NCBI GenBank assembly: GCA_041664285.1
Contig: JBAYLA010000001.1
Coordinates: forward strand, 138,092-202,091
DNA length: 64,000 bases
Direction: 5' to 3'
Source of the DNA: Minisyncoccota bacterium
GTDB lineage: Bacteria; Patescibacteriota; Minisyncoccia; Phycocordibacterales; UBA9973
Numbering within the stretch: the first letter of the stretch is position 1; every line of letters starts with the position of its first letter. Both the position numbers and the translations under genes were made by a program. The notes below the pieces were generated by a model. It saw nothing but the letters and a program-made list of their open reading frames with translations, was not told the origin of the DNA and ran no database searches. Positions 18,384 through 26,945 of this stretch are shown piece by piece.

Positions 18384-18773
18384 CTATGGGAGGTTCGTGG
18401 GAGGTTTCATGAAGGAGTAGCCTACGCTGAATCCTTGACGAAAAATGACTACCAGCTCGAAGGACGACTCCTTCATTCCTGGCTCGTAGAGGGAAAGATC
18501 CACGAAAATCTGGTTTATCCACTCGCTCAGTACGACTGTCATCCGGTTCGAGTTCCTGAAGACTGCCAAGAGATAATTCCTCTTAACGCCTTCGGGGCGC
18601 AGGTATTCTCCCAAGAAATCCTTGAACTTTTCGTCGATGTCGTCTTTCGCTCCGGTCATGTTCTGTATGAACGAGAACGGAAAGCTCGACGCACTTTTTA
18701 GGACTGGGCTATCTTTCCACGCATTCCACTGTACCCAGAGCTTCGGATCGATCGAAGTGTTGATCTTTTTCAT
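18384..18773 (-). CDS. hypothetical protein (129 aa) in a GC-rich (about 50%) 0.6-kb cassette
   Basis: It is the only ORF in the cassette whose orientation matches the downstream terminator. Its composition is foreign relative to the flanks. Confidence 0.4.
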   Translation of the reverse strand: MKKINTSIDPKLWVQWNAWKDSPVLKSASSFPFSFIQNMTGAKDDIDEKFKDFLGEYLRPEGVKRNYLLAVFRNSNRMTVVLSEWINQIFVDLSLYEPGMKESSFELVVIFRQGFSVGYSFMKPPTNLP

Positions 18774-18877
18774 AATTTTCCCTTTCTAAGGAAGGCTTAC
18801 TACGGCCTGTACGGGACCCGACGTTGTTGTCAGGTTGTCCGTTATATTTTTAACACTATTATTAGCTCGTGTCAATT

Positions 18878-18934
18878 TGTGACCCTAATTATACAGAATT
18901 GGAACCACATTTTCAATCAAATAAAGGATTTTGC
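18878..18934 (+). repeat. 55-bp direct repeat, right copy (att-like)
   Basis: GTGACCCTAATTATACAGAATTGGAACC...AATCAAATAAAGGATTTTG. Confidence 0.6.
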
Positions 18935-18988
18935 GTTTTAATATAAATTGCCCTTATCCTAAAATTAGTGTAAAATGAGCTCATAACT

Positions 18989-19246
18989 ATGGATGAAAAT
19001 TACAGAAGGGTAAAATTTAATGACGTTTTTGATGAGAAGCCCGATGGGTCTTTATCTCCCAAAGTACCCATTGAAATAAATGGCGTAAATTTTAATTCTG
19101 GAACCACTTTTTCCAAAGGGGTTGTTTTTGGTGGTATCGATTTTCACCTCTATAAGAATCGAGATATAGCAATCCAAAATTCTGAAGTACCTGAAGAAAA
19201 TACTGATAGTACTGTATTTCACATAGTTGGTTTTTATAAAGAATAA
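18989..19246 (+). CDS. hypothetical protein (85 aa), element-borne
   Basis: Track ORF; first of three tightly packed co-directional small ORFs. Confidence 0.35.
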   Translation: MDENYRRVKFNDVFDEKPDGSLSPKVPIEINGVNFNSGTTFSKGVVFGGIDFHLYKNRDIAIQNSEVPEENTDSTVFHIVGFYKE

Positions 19247-19251
19247 ATAGT

Positions 19252-19611
19252 ATGGCCGATAAAAATCCTACAAAAACTGAAATCCTAGGAACGGTACAAG
19301 CTCAAGCAGAAACTTTAAAAGAATTATCTGAGCGCCTTGTAAAGATTGAAGGTCAAACGGAAAAACAAGAATCAAGAAATCAAAACATAATATATGCGGT
19401 ACTTTTCGCGCTTGCATTTATCGTAGTAACTGTTAGTGTTGAAGTTATACTATCGAGTAAAAGTGATAATTCTGTCGCTAATGATTTTTCTGAAAAACTT
19501 TTCAATATACAAGAAAATACAAACAACAAAATGAATGGTTTACAGAGCACAATAAATAGTATTCAAAGTGAAATTTTATTATTAAGAGCAAAAAATCCTT
19601 ATTTAAAATAA
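19252..19611 (+). CDS. hypothetical coiled-coil membrane protein (119 aa), element-borne
   Basis: Track ORF with a central TM helix flanked by coiled-coil-like segments. Confidence 0.35.
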   Translation: MADKNPTKTEILGTVQAQAETLKELSERLVKIEGQTEKQESRNQNIIYAVLFALAFIVVTVSVEVILSSKSDNSVANDFSEKLFNIQENTNNKMNGLQSTINSIQSEILLLRAKNPYLK

Positions 19612-19613
19612 AT

Positions 19614-19898
19614 ATGAAATCATATACCGTTAGAATTGAATTGCAAAATTCTGTTTTGGGAGATTACGAATCTCTTCATGTCGCAATGGAATCCGCTGGC
19701 TTTAGGAAGTTTATTATTTCAGATCAAGGTATTAAATACAAACTTCCAAATGGGGAATATAATATTTCTGGTAATTTTGATAGGGCAACAATTTTATCTT
19801 TGGCGAAAAGTGCAGTTACAACTACAAATAAAACTGCAGAGATATTGGTAACAGAGTCAAGTGGACGAACTTGGGCTAATCTGAAAGTTATAAAATAG
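19614..19898 (+). CDS. hypothetical protein (94 aa), element-borne
   Basis: Track ORF starting 3 nt after the preceding stop. Confidence 0.35.
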   Translation: MKSYTVRIELQNSVLGDYESLHVAMESAGFRKFIISDQGIKYKLPNGEYNISGNFDRATILSLAKSAVTTTNKTAEILVTESSGRTWANLKVIK

Positions 19899-19908
19899 TT
19901 TATAGATA

Positions 19909-21072
19909 TTATCTATTTCCTTTTGCTCGATTATGCGTTTTGCACAACATCTCACAATTATTAAGCATTGTTTTGCCACCTTTACTCCAAGCTGATACAT
20001 GGTCGGCGTCCATATCCGAAATACTCCAAATCTTGTCTTTGTTTGCATCGTGTCCAATCGCACAGTGAGAGCAGTTTGAAATACCTTTTTTCTTTGCGAT
20101 AGCAGTTTGAGCTTCGTAAACTGAACGCTTAGTTGAATCCTCAAATATTCTTACTTCAAGTAGCTTTGTTTCAACTTCTCCACCTAAAACATATTCAAAA
20201 ATGCCTTTTCGACTTTTTACGAAACCATCGGCATAGAGTTTTTTAACCAAAGCAGAGACGGTAGTCGGATTGTATTTTTTCTTGTGGTAAGTTTCGTAAA
20301 GCCTGTTCCATTCCAAGCCTCTCATATCACTTTCAACTTCAGTAAATATGGTTGAAACCCAATCAATGACTGTGTTGAAATGCTTTTTTAGCTCTGTAAT
20401 ATTTGTATCCTTTCTATGCATGCTCATGTAGTTGTCGATTGCACCGCCAGAAACCCAATCTAAGGCCTGTTCCAAATATGCTTGGCGTTTGATATCACCA
20501 GCTATGTACGCGCTCCATTTATGGACATTAGCATTTTGGCTATTACTAAACTCTTCGCGCGCCTTGGTAACAAAAGTCCCAGAATAGACAGCGTTCAAAA
20601 TTTCCTGCTCGGTCAGTGGCACACCAGCGATATTGATAGTCTTGAACCAATCCTTGATTTCAGGTTCGTCGCCTTCACACACATACACTAGCAACTTAGT
20701 ATTCATTATCTGCTCGCGCTGGCTAGTAGCCATACCACTGTAGTATTGTTCATGACCATTTTTGTCTTTGACTGCAAACTTACCAGCCACAAACCGACCG
20801 ATGCTCGTAATGCGTTGCTGACCGTCTAGCACCTCAAATTTATCCTTACCAGCTTGATTGAAATAAATTAAACCAATAGGATATCCTTTTAAAATTGAGT
20901 CAATAACCGCGACATCTTTTTTGCCATCAGCATAAATGTAATTACGCTGATACTCTGGCTGAATAGTTAGTTTGCCAGAGAGACCAAACAAACCTTTTCC
21001 TTCGAGTTCATTGTAGACGAAACCGTCGCAAACTTCTTTAATGGTAATATCATTTTTTAAGGTTGTTTTCAT
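19909..21072 (-). CDS. DUF262 (ParB-like DGQQR nuclease/NTPase domain) fused to a C-terminal HNH endonuclease; GmrSD/SspE-like
   Basis: The N-terminal ...FEVLDGQQRITSI... block is the DUF262 hallmark. The C-terminal CSHCAIGHD...DADHVSAWSKGGKT...NCEMLCKTHNRAKGN is an HNH motif. Confidence 0.7.
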   Translation of the reverse strand: MKTTLKNDITIKEVCDGFVYNELEGKGLFGLSGKLTIQPEYQRNYIYADGKKDVAVIDSILKGYPIGLIYFNQAGKDKFEVLDGQQRITSIGRFVAGKFAVKDKNGHEQYYSGMATSQREQIMNTKLLVYVCEGDEPEIKDWFKTINIAGVPLTEQEILNAVYSGTFVTKAREEFSNSQNANVHKWSAYIAGDIKRQAYLEQALDWVSGGAIDNYMSMHRKDTNITELKKHFNTVIDWVSTIFTEVESDMRGLEWNRLYETYHKKKYNPTTVSALVKKLYADGFVKSRKGIFEYVLGGEVETKLLEVRIFEDSTKRSVYEAQTAIAKKKGISNCSHCAIGHDANKDKIWSISDMDADHVSAWSKGGKTMLNNCEMLCKTHNRAKGNR

Positions 21073-21073
21073 A

Positions 21074-22264
21074 TTATTTCTTTTTGTGTTTAATTAGAAC
21101 TCTCTGATAAACTTTTTCTCTTAATCCATCACGAATAACAACACCACTCGCATTTAAATCATATACTCCTTTTTTCCCAAACTTATCTAAGTATGCCTGC
21201 TTACATTCCGCTGATGTATAAAATTTGGTCTTTAAACTATAAAGATCTTCGTTTTCACACATTCCTACAATCTTAAACTGTTCAGGAGAATACTTATCAA
21301 GAAAACTAATTGGCACACCCATGATGCCTTTGTAATTACTTGGTATGTTTTTTACTAGCGATACTTCAATCGCATCGTAGTTTTCATATTTCTCAAACTC
21401 TTTATTTGTTGAGAACTTGATTACATCTGCTCCTGACATCAAGGGAATTGGTTGGTGTAGTCGTCCGTGATCAAGATTTGTAAACCAACGCACCCCTTGG
21501 ACTCTTGTTATATAAGTCTTTTTACCTTTTTTGTCAGTCTTAATTTCACGTACTTGATCTAAGTTTGCAACAGCTTCTGGAATCTCATAGAACATTGCAC
21601 CGCCATTAACCCTTGCATTGTTTCCGAGCCATACCTTATTCTCTTTGATCATTGGAAAAATTTCCTTATAAGTTATTGCATTGAGATTACCAATGATTAG
21701 AAATTGTTTTTTGTGCTCGAAAAGTTGCGTAATATATTCACGAAATAAACTAAATGGAGGATTAGTGACTACTATGTCAGATTGTTTGAGCAACTCGACA
21801 CATTCGTCACTTCTAAAATCACCTTCACCCTCAAGCGGAGTCCATTCGTTGTTTTTGTTAGTTCTAAGTTGCTTCGCGATATCTTCTAGCGTAAAAGAGC
21901 CGTCGCCGTCCATGTCACCAACTTCGTTGATAATAAATTTGTTGGCAGTTACTTTTGGACGACCTTTTGATTTAGTAAGAGTTTTATCATCGCCAAATAA
22001 TCCCAATTGCGTATTGGCTACAGGTGAGGGTTTGTAACTTGTAGTGATAAGTTGTTTAAGTCCTAGTTTGTCAAAATTAAGTACAAAATAGCGAAAGAAA
22101 TTACTTTCGAATGGGTCGTCGCAGTTGCTGTAAACCACCTTACCTTTAAAAGTATTTGAGTCATACTCAAGATAGGACTCTACCTCTTTTTGAATATCAG
22201 AAAATTGAGTATAAAACTCATCATTTTTTGCCCGTTTTGCATTTGTGAGATTTTTGTTCGCCAT
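21074..22264 (-). CDS. N6-adenine DNA methyltransferase (EcoRI-methylase-like family)
   Basis: N-terminal KNDEFYTQFSDIQKEV block and motif IV VVTNPPF. It lies immediately upstream of, and is co-transcribed with, the DUF262-HNH gene (1-nt gap). Confidence 0.6.
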   Translation of the reverse strand: MANKNLTNAKRAKNDEFYTQFSDIQKEVESYLEYDSNTFKGKVVYSNCDDPFESNFFRYFVLNFDKLGLKQLITTSYKPSPVANTQLGLFGDDKTLTKSKGRPKVTANKFIINEVGDMDGDGSFTLEDIAKQLRTNKNNEWTPLEGEGDFRSDECVELLKQSDIVVTNPPFSLFREYITQLFEHKKQFLIIGNLNAITYKEIFPMIKENKVWLGNNARVNGGAMFYEIPEAVANLDQVREIKTDKKGKKTYITRVQGVRWFTNLDHGRLHQPIPLMSGADVIKFSTNKEFEKYENYDAIEVSLVKNIPSNYKGIMGVPISFLDKYSPEQFKIVGMCENEDLYSLKTKFYTSAECKQAYLDKFGKKGVYDLNASGVVIRDGLREKVYQRVLIKHKKK

Positions 22265-22530
22265 ATGTATCCTAACTTATGTTGAGAATTATAGCTGTTT
22301 TGGTTCCAAATTGCTAATGGTATTGACGCCATGAAATAGTTTAATGCCTAACCTGTCTTTTGGATTGACTTTTCGGAAAAAAAAGTGTACACTGTTATGG
22401 TAATAACAAAGAAGTTATCACAAAGCAAGTTTGAGTCAAAAGAATTTTAGAGAGAACTGGGACATAACCAGTTTTTTTATTTTTTAGGGAGATAACTCTC
22501 TAAAAAAAACAAAACAACGCACGTTTTTTA

Positions 22531-22566
22531 AAGCCCTCTTGAGCGAAATCCCGAGAGGGCTTTTTG
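22531..22566 (+). terminator. intrinsic terminator-like hairpin (bidirectional)
   Basis: GCCCTCT-tgagcgaaatccc-gAGAGGGC flanked by a T-run and an A-run. Confidence 0.5.
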
Positions 22567-22619
22567 CGTTTCCGTGTGGGCGCAAAATGCGTAATGGGTT
22601 TCGTTCTTTATAGCCGTAT

Positions 22620-22720
22620 TTGTGGTCGTAGCGATATCAGATTAGTGGCTGGCCACTTGTCTATCGCAATTACGACCACGATCCAAGCTAGTCGCCACCC
22701 GCTTTAGCGGTGGCGACGTT
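22620..22720. promoter_or_regulatory. GC-rich hairpin cluster upstream of rep; candidate rolling-circle double-strand origin / nick site
   Basis: GTGGTCGTAGCGATA...TATCGCAATTACGACCAC forms an imperfect 15-bp stem with a GTGGCTGGCCAC palindrome in its loop. GTCGCCACCCGC-TTTA-GCGGTGGCGAC forms an 11-12-bp stem. Confidence 0.45.
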
Positions 22721-22774
22721 GGACGAGCGAAGCGAGTCCGTTGGACTTGATTATACCCACACTTAAAGAGAAAT

Positions 22775-23593
22775 ATGAAATCAACAAATAGAACAATGAT
22801 TATATCTGGCTCAACGATTGAGGCTTATCACTACAAGGAAAGTCCATTGTTTTATGATTACGAAGTGCCTAAGGTTAAAAAATATCCGATTTTAGTTATT
22901 GATGAAGAAAGTGCGCAAAGAAAAATTGAATCTAGAAAATCTTCACAACATCGCTCTCGTTCTGTATTGAGAAGATTGGTAAATACAAATGCGTGGAAAT
23001 GGTATAAGGCTAGTGGTATTCCTTTCATTCCCATTTTTCTAACATTCACATTTGCTGAAAATGTAAAAGATATTAAAGTTGCCAACCCTATTTTTTCTAA
23101 ATTTATTAAGAGATTTAATTATGAAATTACTGGACAAAAGAAAAGTTTTCTTAAGTATGTTGTTGTTACTGAATTTCAAGAGCGTGGGGCAGTTCATTTT
23201 CATGCCGTATTTTTTAATTTAAAACATATTTGGGTTGATACGCTTACTAAAATTTGGGGTCAAGGTTTTATTAAATTAAAGAAAATTAGCCATGTTGATA
23301 ATGTTGGAGCATATATTTCTAAATACATGGTTAAGCATTTTGAAGACGATAGACTTGATGGAAAGAAAAGATATTTTTCAAGTAGCGGATTGATAAAGCC
23401 GACAGTTATAAAAGATGAAGTAAAAGTTCTTCAAATAATAAAGCGTATACCGAAAAAATATCTTAAACATGAAACTGAATATGAAAGAAAACATAAAGGC
23501 AAGAAAATAGGCACCGTTGAATACGTGCAATACAAAATAGACAAGAAGGAGTCTATCTTTGACATTATTCCTGAACTCAAACAAATGCCATGA
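22775..23593 (+). CDS. rolling-circle replication initiator (HUH endonuclease superfamily Rep)
   Basis: Motif I FLTFTF, motif II GAVHFHAVFF (HUH), motif III GAYISKYMVKH (catalytic Tyr), in canonical order. Confidence 0.7.
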   Translation: MKSTNRTMIISGSTIEAYHYKESPLFYDYEVPKVKKYPILVIDEESAQRKIESRKSSQHRSRSVLRRLVNTNAWKWYKASGIPFIPIFLTFTFAENVKDIKVANPIFSKFIKRFNYEITGQKKSFLKYVVVTEFQERGAVHFHAVFFNLKHIWVDTLTKIWGQGFIKLKKISHVDNVGAYISKYMVKHFEDDRLDGKKRYFSSSGLIKPTVIKDEVKVLQIIKRIPKKYLKHETEYERKHKGKKIGTVEYVQYKIDKKESIFDIIPELKQMP

Positions 23594-23772
23594 TTACTCC
23601 TGCCGACTGCCGAAAAATTGACCCTGCTCTTGAAAGTAAAACTGATAAGGAATTACAGGAGGTTATTGAACTTTTGTATGGTCTTGGAGGACTTGCCCTT
23701 GAATCATATTTTAGCGGTTCCAAAAATCTCCGTGGGGTATCTAGACTTAATAATAGTGATGTGCCAAAGTAA
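23590..23772 (+). CDS. hypothetical small protein (60 aa) between rep and the recombinase; possible directionality factor (speculative)
   Basis: Track ORF overlapping the rep stop (ATGCCATGA). Confidence 0.25.
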   Translation: MITPADCRKIDPALESKTDKELQEVIELLYGLGGLALESYFSGSKNLRGVSRLNNSDVPK

Positions 23773-23776
23773 TGCT

Positions 23777-25297
23777 ATGAATACTACCGATACAAAAAAT
23801 GGTGTTATCTATGTCCGAGTTTCTTCTGCTGAACAAATAGACGGCACAAGTTTAGAATCCCAAGAAAGATTTTGCCAAGAATATGCCAAGCGCGAAAATA
23901 TAAATGTCTTAAAAGTTTTTATTGAAAAAGGTGAATCTGCTAAGACGGCAAATAGAACCGAATTTATTAAAGCCATTAGTTTTTGCTCTGAAAAGAAAAA
24001 TAAAATAGAGTGCTTTATCGTTTACAAAGTTGATAGATTTGCTCGCAGTCAATCAGACCATATTTCTGTTAAGGAAACATTGAAAAAATATAATACAGAA
24101 CTTCATTCTGTTACTGAACCTATTGGTGATAGCCCAATGGGTAAAATGATGGAGGGCATACTCTCTACTTTTGCAGAGTTTGATAACAATGTCCGAACAG
24201 AAAGAAGTGTTAATGGTATGAGAGAACGCCTAAAACAAGGTGTATGGGTCTGGCAGGCTCCTCTAGGTTATTACAGAACTTCACAGGGCGAAAACATTAG
24301 TCCTGATCCTAAATTTGCTCCCTATGTGGAACTTGCCTTTAATGAATTTGCTAAAGGAACTTATACTTTTGAATCTCTAGCGAACTTTTTAAATGAAAGA
24401 GGTTTTGTAACTAAATGCGGAAATAAAGCCACCCCTTCTTTAATGGATAAAATAATTAAGAATCCTCTTTATTGCGGAATAATTAAAGTCTGGGACATGG
24501 AACATAAAGGTAGTTTTAATTACATTATTTCGGAAGAACTTTTTAATAAATGTAATGGACGGAAGAAAAAAGAATATATGCCTCGTCTTGCTAAAAATTC
24601 TAATTTCCCATTAAGAAAGTTGGTGGTATGTGAATCTTGCCAGCATTCGCTTACAGGAAGCTCGTCTACGGGCAGAAAGGGCGTTAAATATCCTTATTAT
24701 CACCACCACAAACAAACTTGCCCTTCAGCTAAATTTATTCCAAAAGAAACATTTGAACAGTTGTTTGTGGAATATCTAGCCGATATTACTCCTAGCCCAG
24801 AATATGAAAAAGTATTTAAGGCTATTGTTGTTGATATTTGGAAGAATAATTTTAAGAAGTTGGACGAGCAGAATGAACAAGTGCGAAAAGAAATCAAGGT
24901 TTTTGAAAATCAAAGACAGCGTGTTTTTGAAATGCACCAATCAGGTGTATATTCTGATCAAGATTTTATAGCACAGAAAGATATTCTTAATAAAAAGATT
25001 GCCGAGAAGAAACTTTTGATTCACGAAAAGGCTGTAGAAGAATTTAATATGGACGAAGCATTAGAATATTGCTTTAACTACATACGAGAAACTTCTAAGA
25101 CATGGATTGAACTTGAAACTGAACCAGAGAGAAGATTACGGTTCCAAAAATTTATATTTGCAGAAAATTTAGGATTTTCTGGTGAAGAATTTGGAACCAC
25201 AAAATTAACGCCTATTTACAGCATGTATCAGCAATATTTGACTGAACCATCTTCACTTGTGACCCTACTGGGAATCGCACCCAGATTACCAGCTTGA
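23777..25297 (+). CDS. large serine recombinase / integrase
   Basis: N-terminal resolvase domain GVIYVRVSSAEQ (catalytic Ser) ...VYKVDRFARS, a recombinase domain, zinc ribbon CESCQHSL...YYHHH, and a C-terminal coiled coil. Start taken at the ATG encoding MNTTD. The 3' end overlaps tRNA-Glu. Confidence 0.85.
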   Translation: MNTTDTKNGVIYVRVSSAEQIDGTSLESQERFCQEYAKRENINVLKVFIEKGESAKTANRTEFIKAISFCSEKKNKIECFIVYKVDRFARSQSDHISVKETLKKYNTELHSVTEPIGDSPMGKMMEGILSTFAEFDNNVRTERSVNGMRERLKQGVWVWQAPLGYYRTSQGENISPDPKFAPYVELAFNEFAKGTYTFESLANFLNERGFVTKCGNKATPSLMDKIIKNPLYCGIIKVWDMEHKGSFNYIISEELFNKCNGRKKKEYMPRLAKNSNFPLRKLVVCESCQHSLTGSSSTGRKGVKYPYYHHHKQTCPSAKFIPKETFEQLFVEYLADITPSPEYEKVFKAIVVDIWKNNFKKLDEQNEQVRKEIKVFENQRQRVFEMHQSGVYSDQDFIAQKDILNKKIAEKKLLIHEKAVEEFNMDEALEYCFNYIRETSKTWIELETEPERRLRFQKFIFAENLGFSGEEFGTTKLTPIYSMYQQYLTEPSSLVTLLGIAPRLPA

Positions 25298-25330
25298 AAA
25301 GCTGATGTCCTAACTATTAGACGATAGGGC
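25259..25330 (-). tRNA. tRNA-Glu (anticodon TTC); integration target
   Basis: Reverse complement GGCCCTA-TC-GTCTAATAGTTAGGAC-AT-CAGC-TTTTCAA-GCTG-GTAAT-CTGGGTGCGATTCCCAG-TAGGGTC-A. Confidence 0.8.
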
Positions 25331-25656
25331 CAAAACAGTTAATATCATACCATTTTTTGAAAAAATCGCAAAAATCTTGCAATTATAAAAATTTTATTTT
25401 ATAATAAAACCATGGCAAAGAAAGTTAATTATATGAATACAGCTTGGTGGACGACTCACATTTGTGGGTAGTCTTTCGTTGTATCTATAATTATCTCTAA
25501 AAACAACAACACGCAAGATACCCACAGAAAAGTGGGTTTTTTATTTGTTATTTAATTTTAAGATGAATAAATTTATTTTTAAAAATCATTGTACGGAGTT
25601 CTGGCAATAATAAACATTGTGCAGTTTTCTTATTATTATCTTAAAAATTAAACTAT

Positions 25657-26862
25657 ATGAATAAAAAAATAAAATCATTAAAAAATTTACCAGATGCAAA
25701 TGGCTATTATGGACAATTTGGGGGAAGTTTCGTTCCTCCTCAGTTAGTAAAACCATTACAAGAAATAGAAAGGGAATACAAAAAGGCAAAGAAAGATCCG
25801 AGCTTCCAAAAAGAATATTCTGACTTGCTTAAGAATTATGTTGGCCGTCCTTCTCCGTTATATTTTGCAAAGAATTTAACAAAAAAGCTCGGAGGAGCAA
25901 AAATCTATTTCAAACGGGAAGATTTGAATCACACTGGGGCTCATAAAATAAATCACTGTTTAGGAGAAGTTCTACTAGCAAAAAGAATGGGGAAGAAAAA
26001 AGTCTTAGCCGAAACTGGGGCAGGACAGCACGGAGTAGCCTTAGCCACGGCTGCTGCCTTGCTTGGTTTAGAGTGTGAAATTCACATGGGCTCAATAGAC
26101 ATAGCGAAACAGCATCCAAATGTTATTCGTATGAAATTGCTTGGAGCGAAAGTCTTCGATGTTTCAACTGGAGGAAAGTGTCTGAAGGACGCTGTGGATA
26201 GTGCTTTTACAACTTTTATGAAGGAATATAAAACTACTTTCTTTGCCATAGGGTCTGTCGTCGGACCGCATCCGTATCCTATGATTGTGAGAGATTTTCA
26301 ATCTATTGTTGGGAAAGAAGTAAGAGAACAAATTCTACAACAAGAAAAAAGATTACCAGATTATATTATCGGTTGTGTTGGTGGTGGCTCTAACGCTATT
26401 GGATTATTTCATGAATTTCTTGATGATAAAGTGAAATTAATCGGCGTGGAGCCAGCAGGCAAGGGGACAGGAGTTGGGCAACATGCCGCTACTATTTCTT
26501 ATGGTTCTATGGGGGTACTTCATGGAATGAAAACAATTGTCTTGCAAAATAAAAAAGGTGAACCAGATCCCGTTCACTCTATAGCTTCGGGATTAGATTA
26601 TCCTGGGGTTGGGCCTATCCATGCTTTTCTGAAAGATATTGGAAGAGTTAACTATACTTCAGCGACTGACAAAGAGACGATTAACGCTTTTCTTGAATTA
26701 TCAAAAGTTGAAGGAATTATTCCTGCCCTAGAAAGTGCTCACGCCATAGCCGAGGCAATGAAGTTAGCACCTACTCTAAGTAAAAATAAAATAATTGTTG
26801 TCAATATTTCAGGGCGAGGAGATAAAGACGTTGATTATGTTGCTGAGTTATTAAAAATATAA
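25657..26862 (+). CDS. trpB: tryptophan synthase beta-chain family protein (stand-alone; no trpA in the window)
   Basis: [13 protein letters not shown]...HTGAHKINH...GAGQHGVA...[11 protein letters not shown] beta-family motifs. Confidence 0.85.
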   Translation: MNKKIKSLKNLPDANGYYGQFGGSFVPPQLVKPLQEIEREYKKAKKDPSFQKEYSDLLKNYVGRPSPLYFAKNLTKKLGGAKIYFKREDLNHTGAHKINHCLGEVLLAKRMGKKKVLAETGAGQHGVALATAAALLGLECEIHMGSIDIAKQHPNVIRMKLLGAKVFDVSTGGKCLKDAVDSAFTTFMKEYKTTFFAIGSVVGPHPYPMIVRDFQSIVGKEVREQILQQEKRLPDYIIGCVGGGSNAIGLFHEFLDDKVKLIGVEPAGKGTGVGQHAATISYGSMGVLHGMKTIVLQNKKGEPDPVHSIASGLDYPGVGPIHAFLKDIGRVNYTSATDKETINAFLELSKVEGIIPALESAHAIAEAMKLAPTLSKNKIIVVNISGRGDKDVDYVAELLKI

Positions 26863-26945
26863 TAAAGCTAGCAACATTACAAAGACCACACCTATATTAC
26901 ATATACGCCATGGCTGATATGTAAATTTAATAAACTAGCCAAAGG

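Larger units (their letters stand above)
18236..25330. mobile_element. integrated element(s) at tRNA-Glu(TTC): a GC-rich mini-cassette plus a roughly 6.4-kb element encoding small ORFs, DUF262-HNH, an adenine MTase, an HUH Rep, and a large serine recombinase
   Basis: The serine recombinase gene ends inside the 3' half of tRNA-Glu. Degenerate tRNA-3'-end-like direct repeats sit at 18236 and 18878. A rolling-circle Rep with upstream GC-rich hairpins is present. Composition is atypical. Confidence 0.55.

Noticed and set aside
18241-18701. Alternative ORFs 18241..18522(-) and 18372..18701(+) in the GC-rich cassette
   Set aside because: The first would read through the mapped minus-strand terminator. 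The second is antisense to the better-supported ORF. Long open frames on all strands are expected at 50% GC. None of the three can be confirmed.
18300-18860. The GC-rich cassette as a known structured RNA (RNase P, tmRNA, SRP, group I/II intron)
   Set aside because: None of the hallmark conserved motifs (RNase P GGAAAGTCCGGGCTCC-type P4, tmRNA tRNA-like ends, SRP GGAA/AGCA loops) were found by eye. A non-coding role is left open but unsupported.
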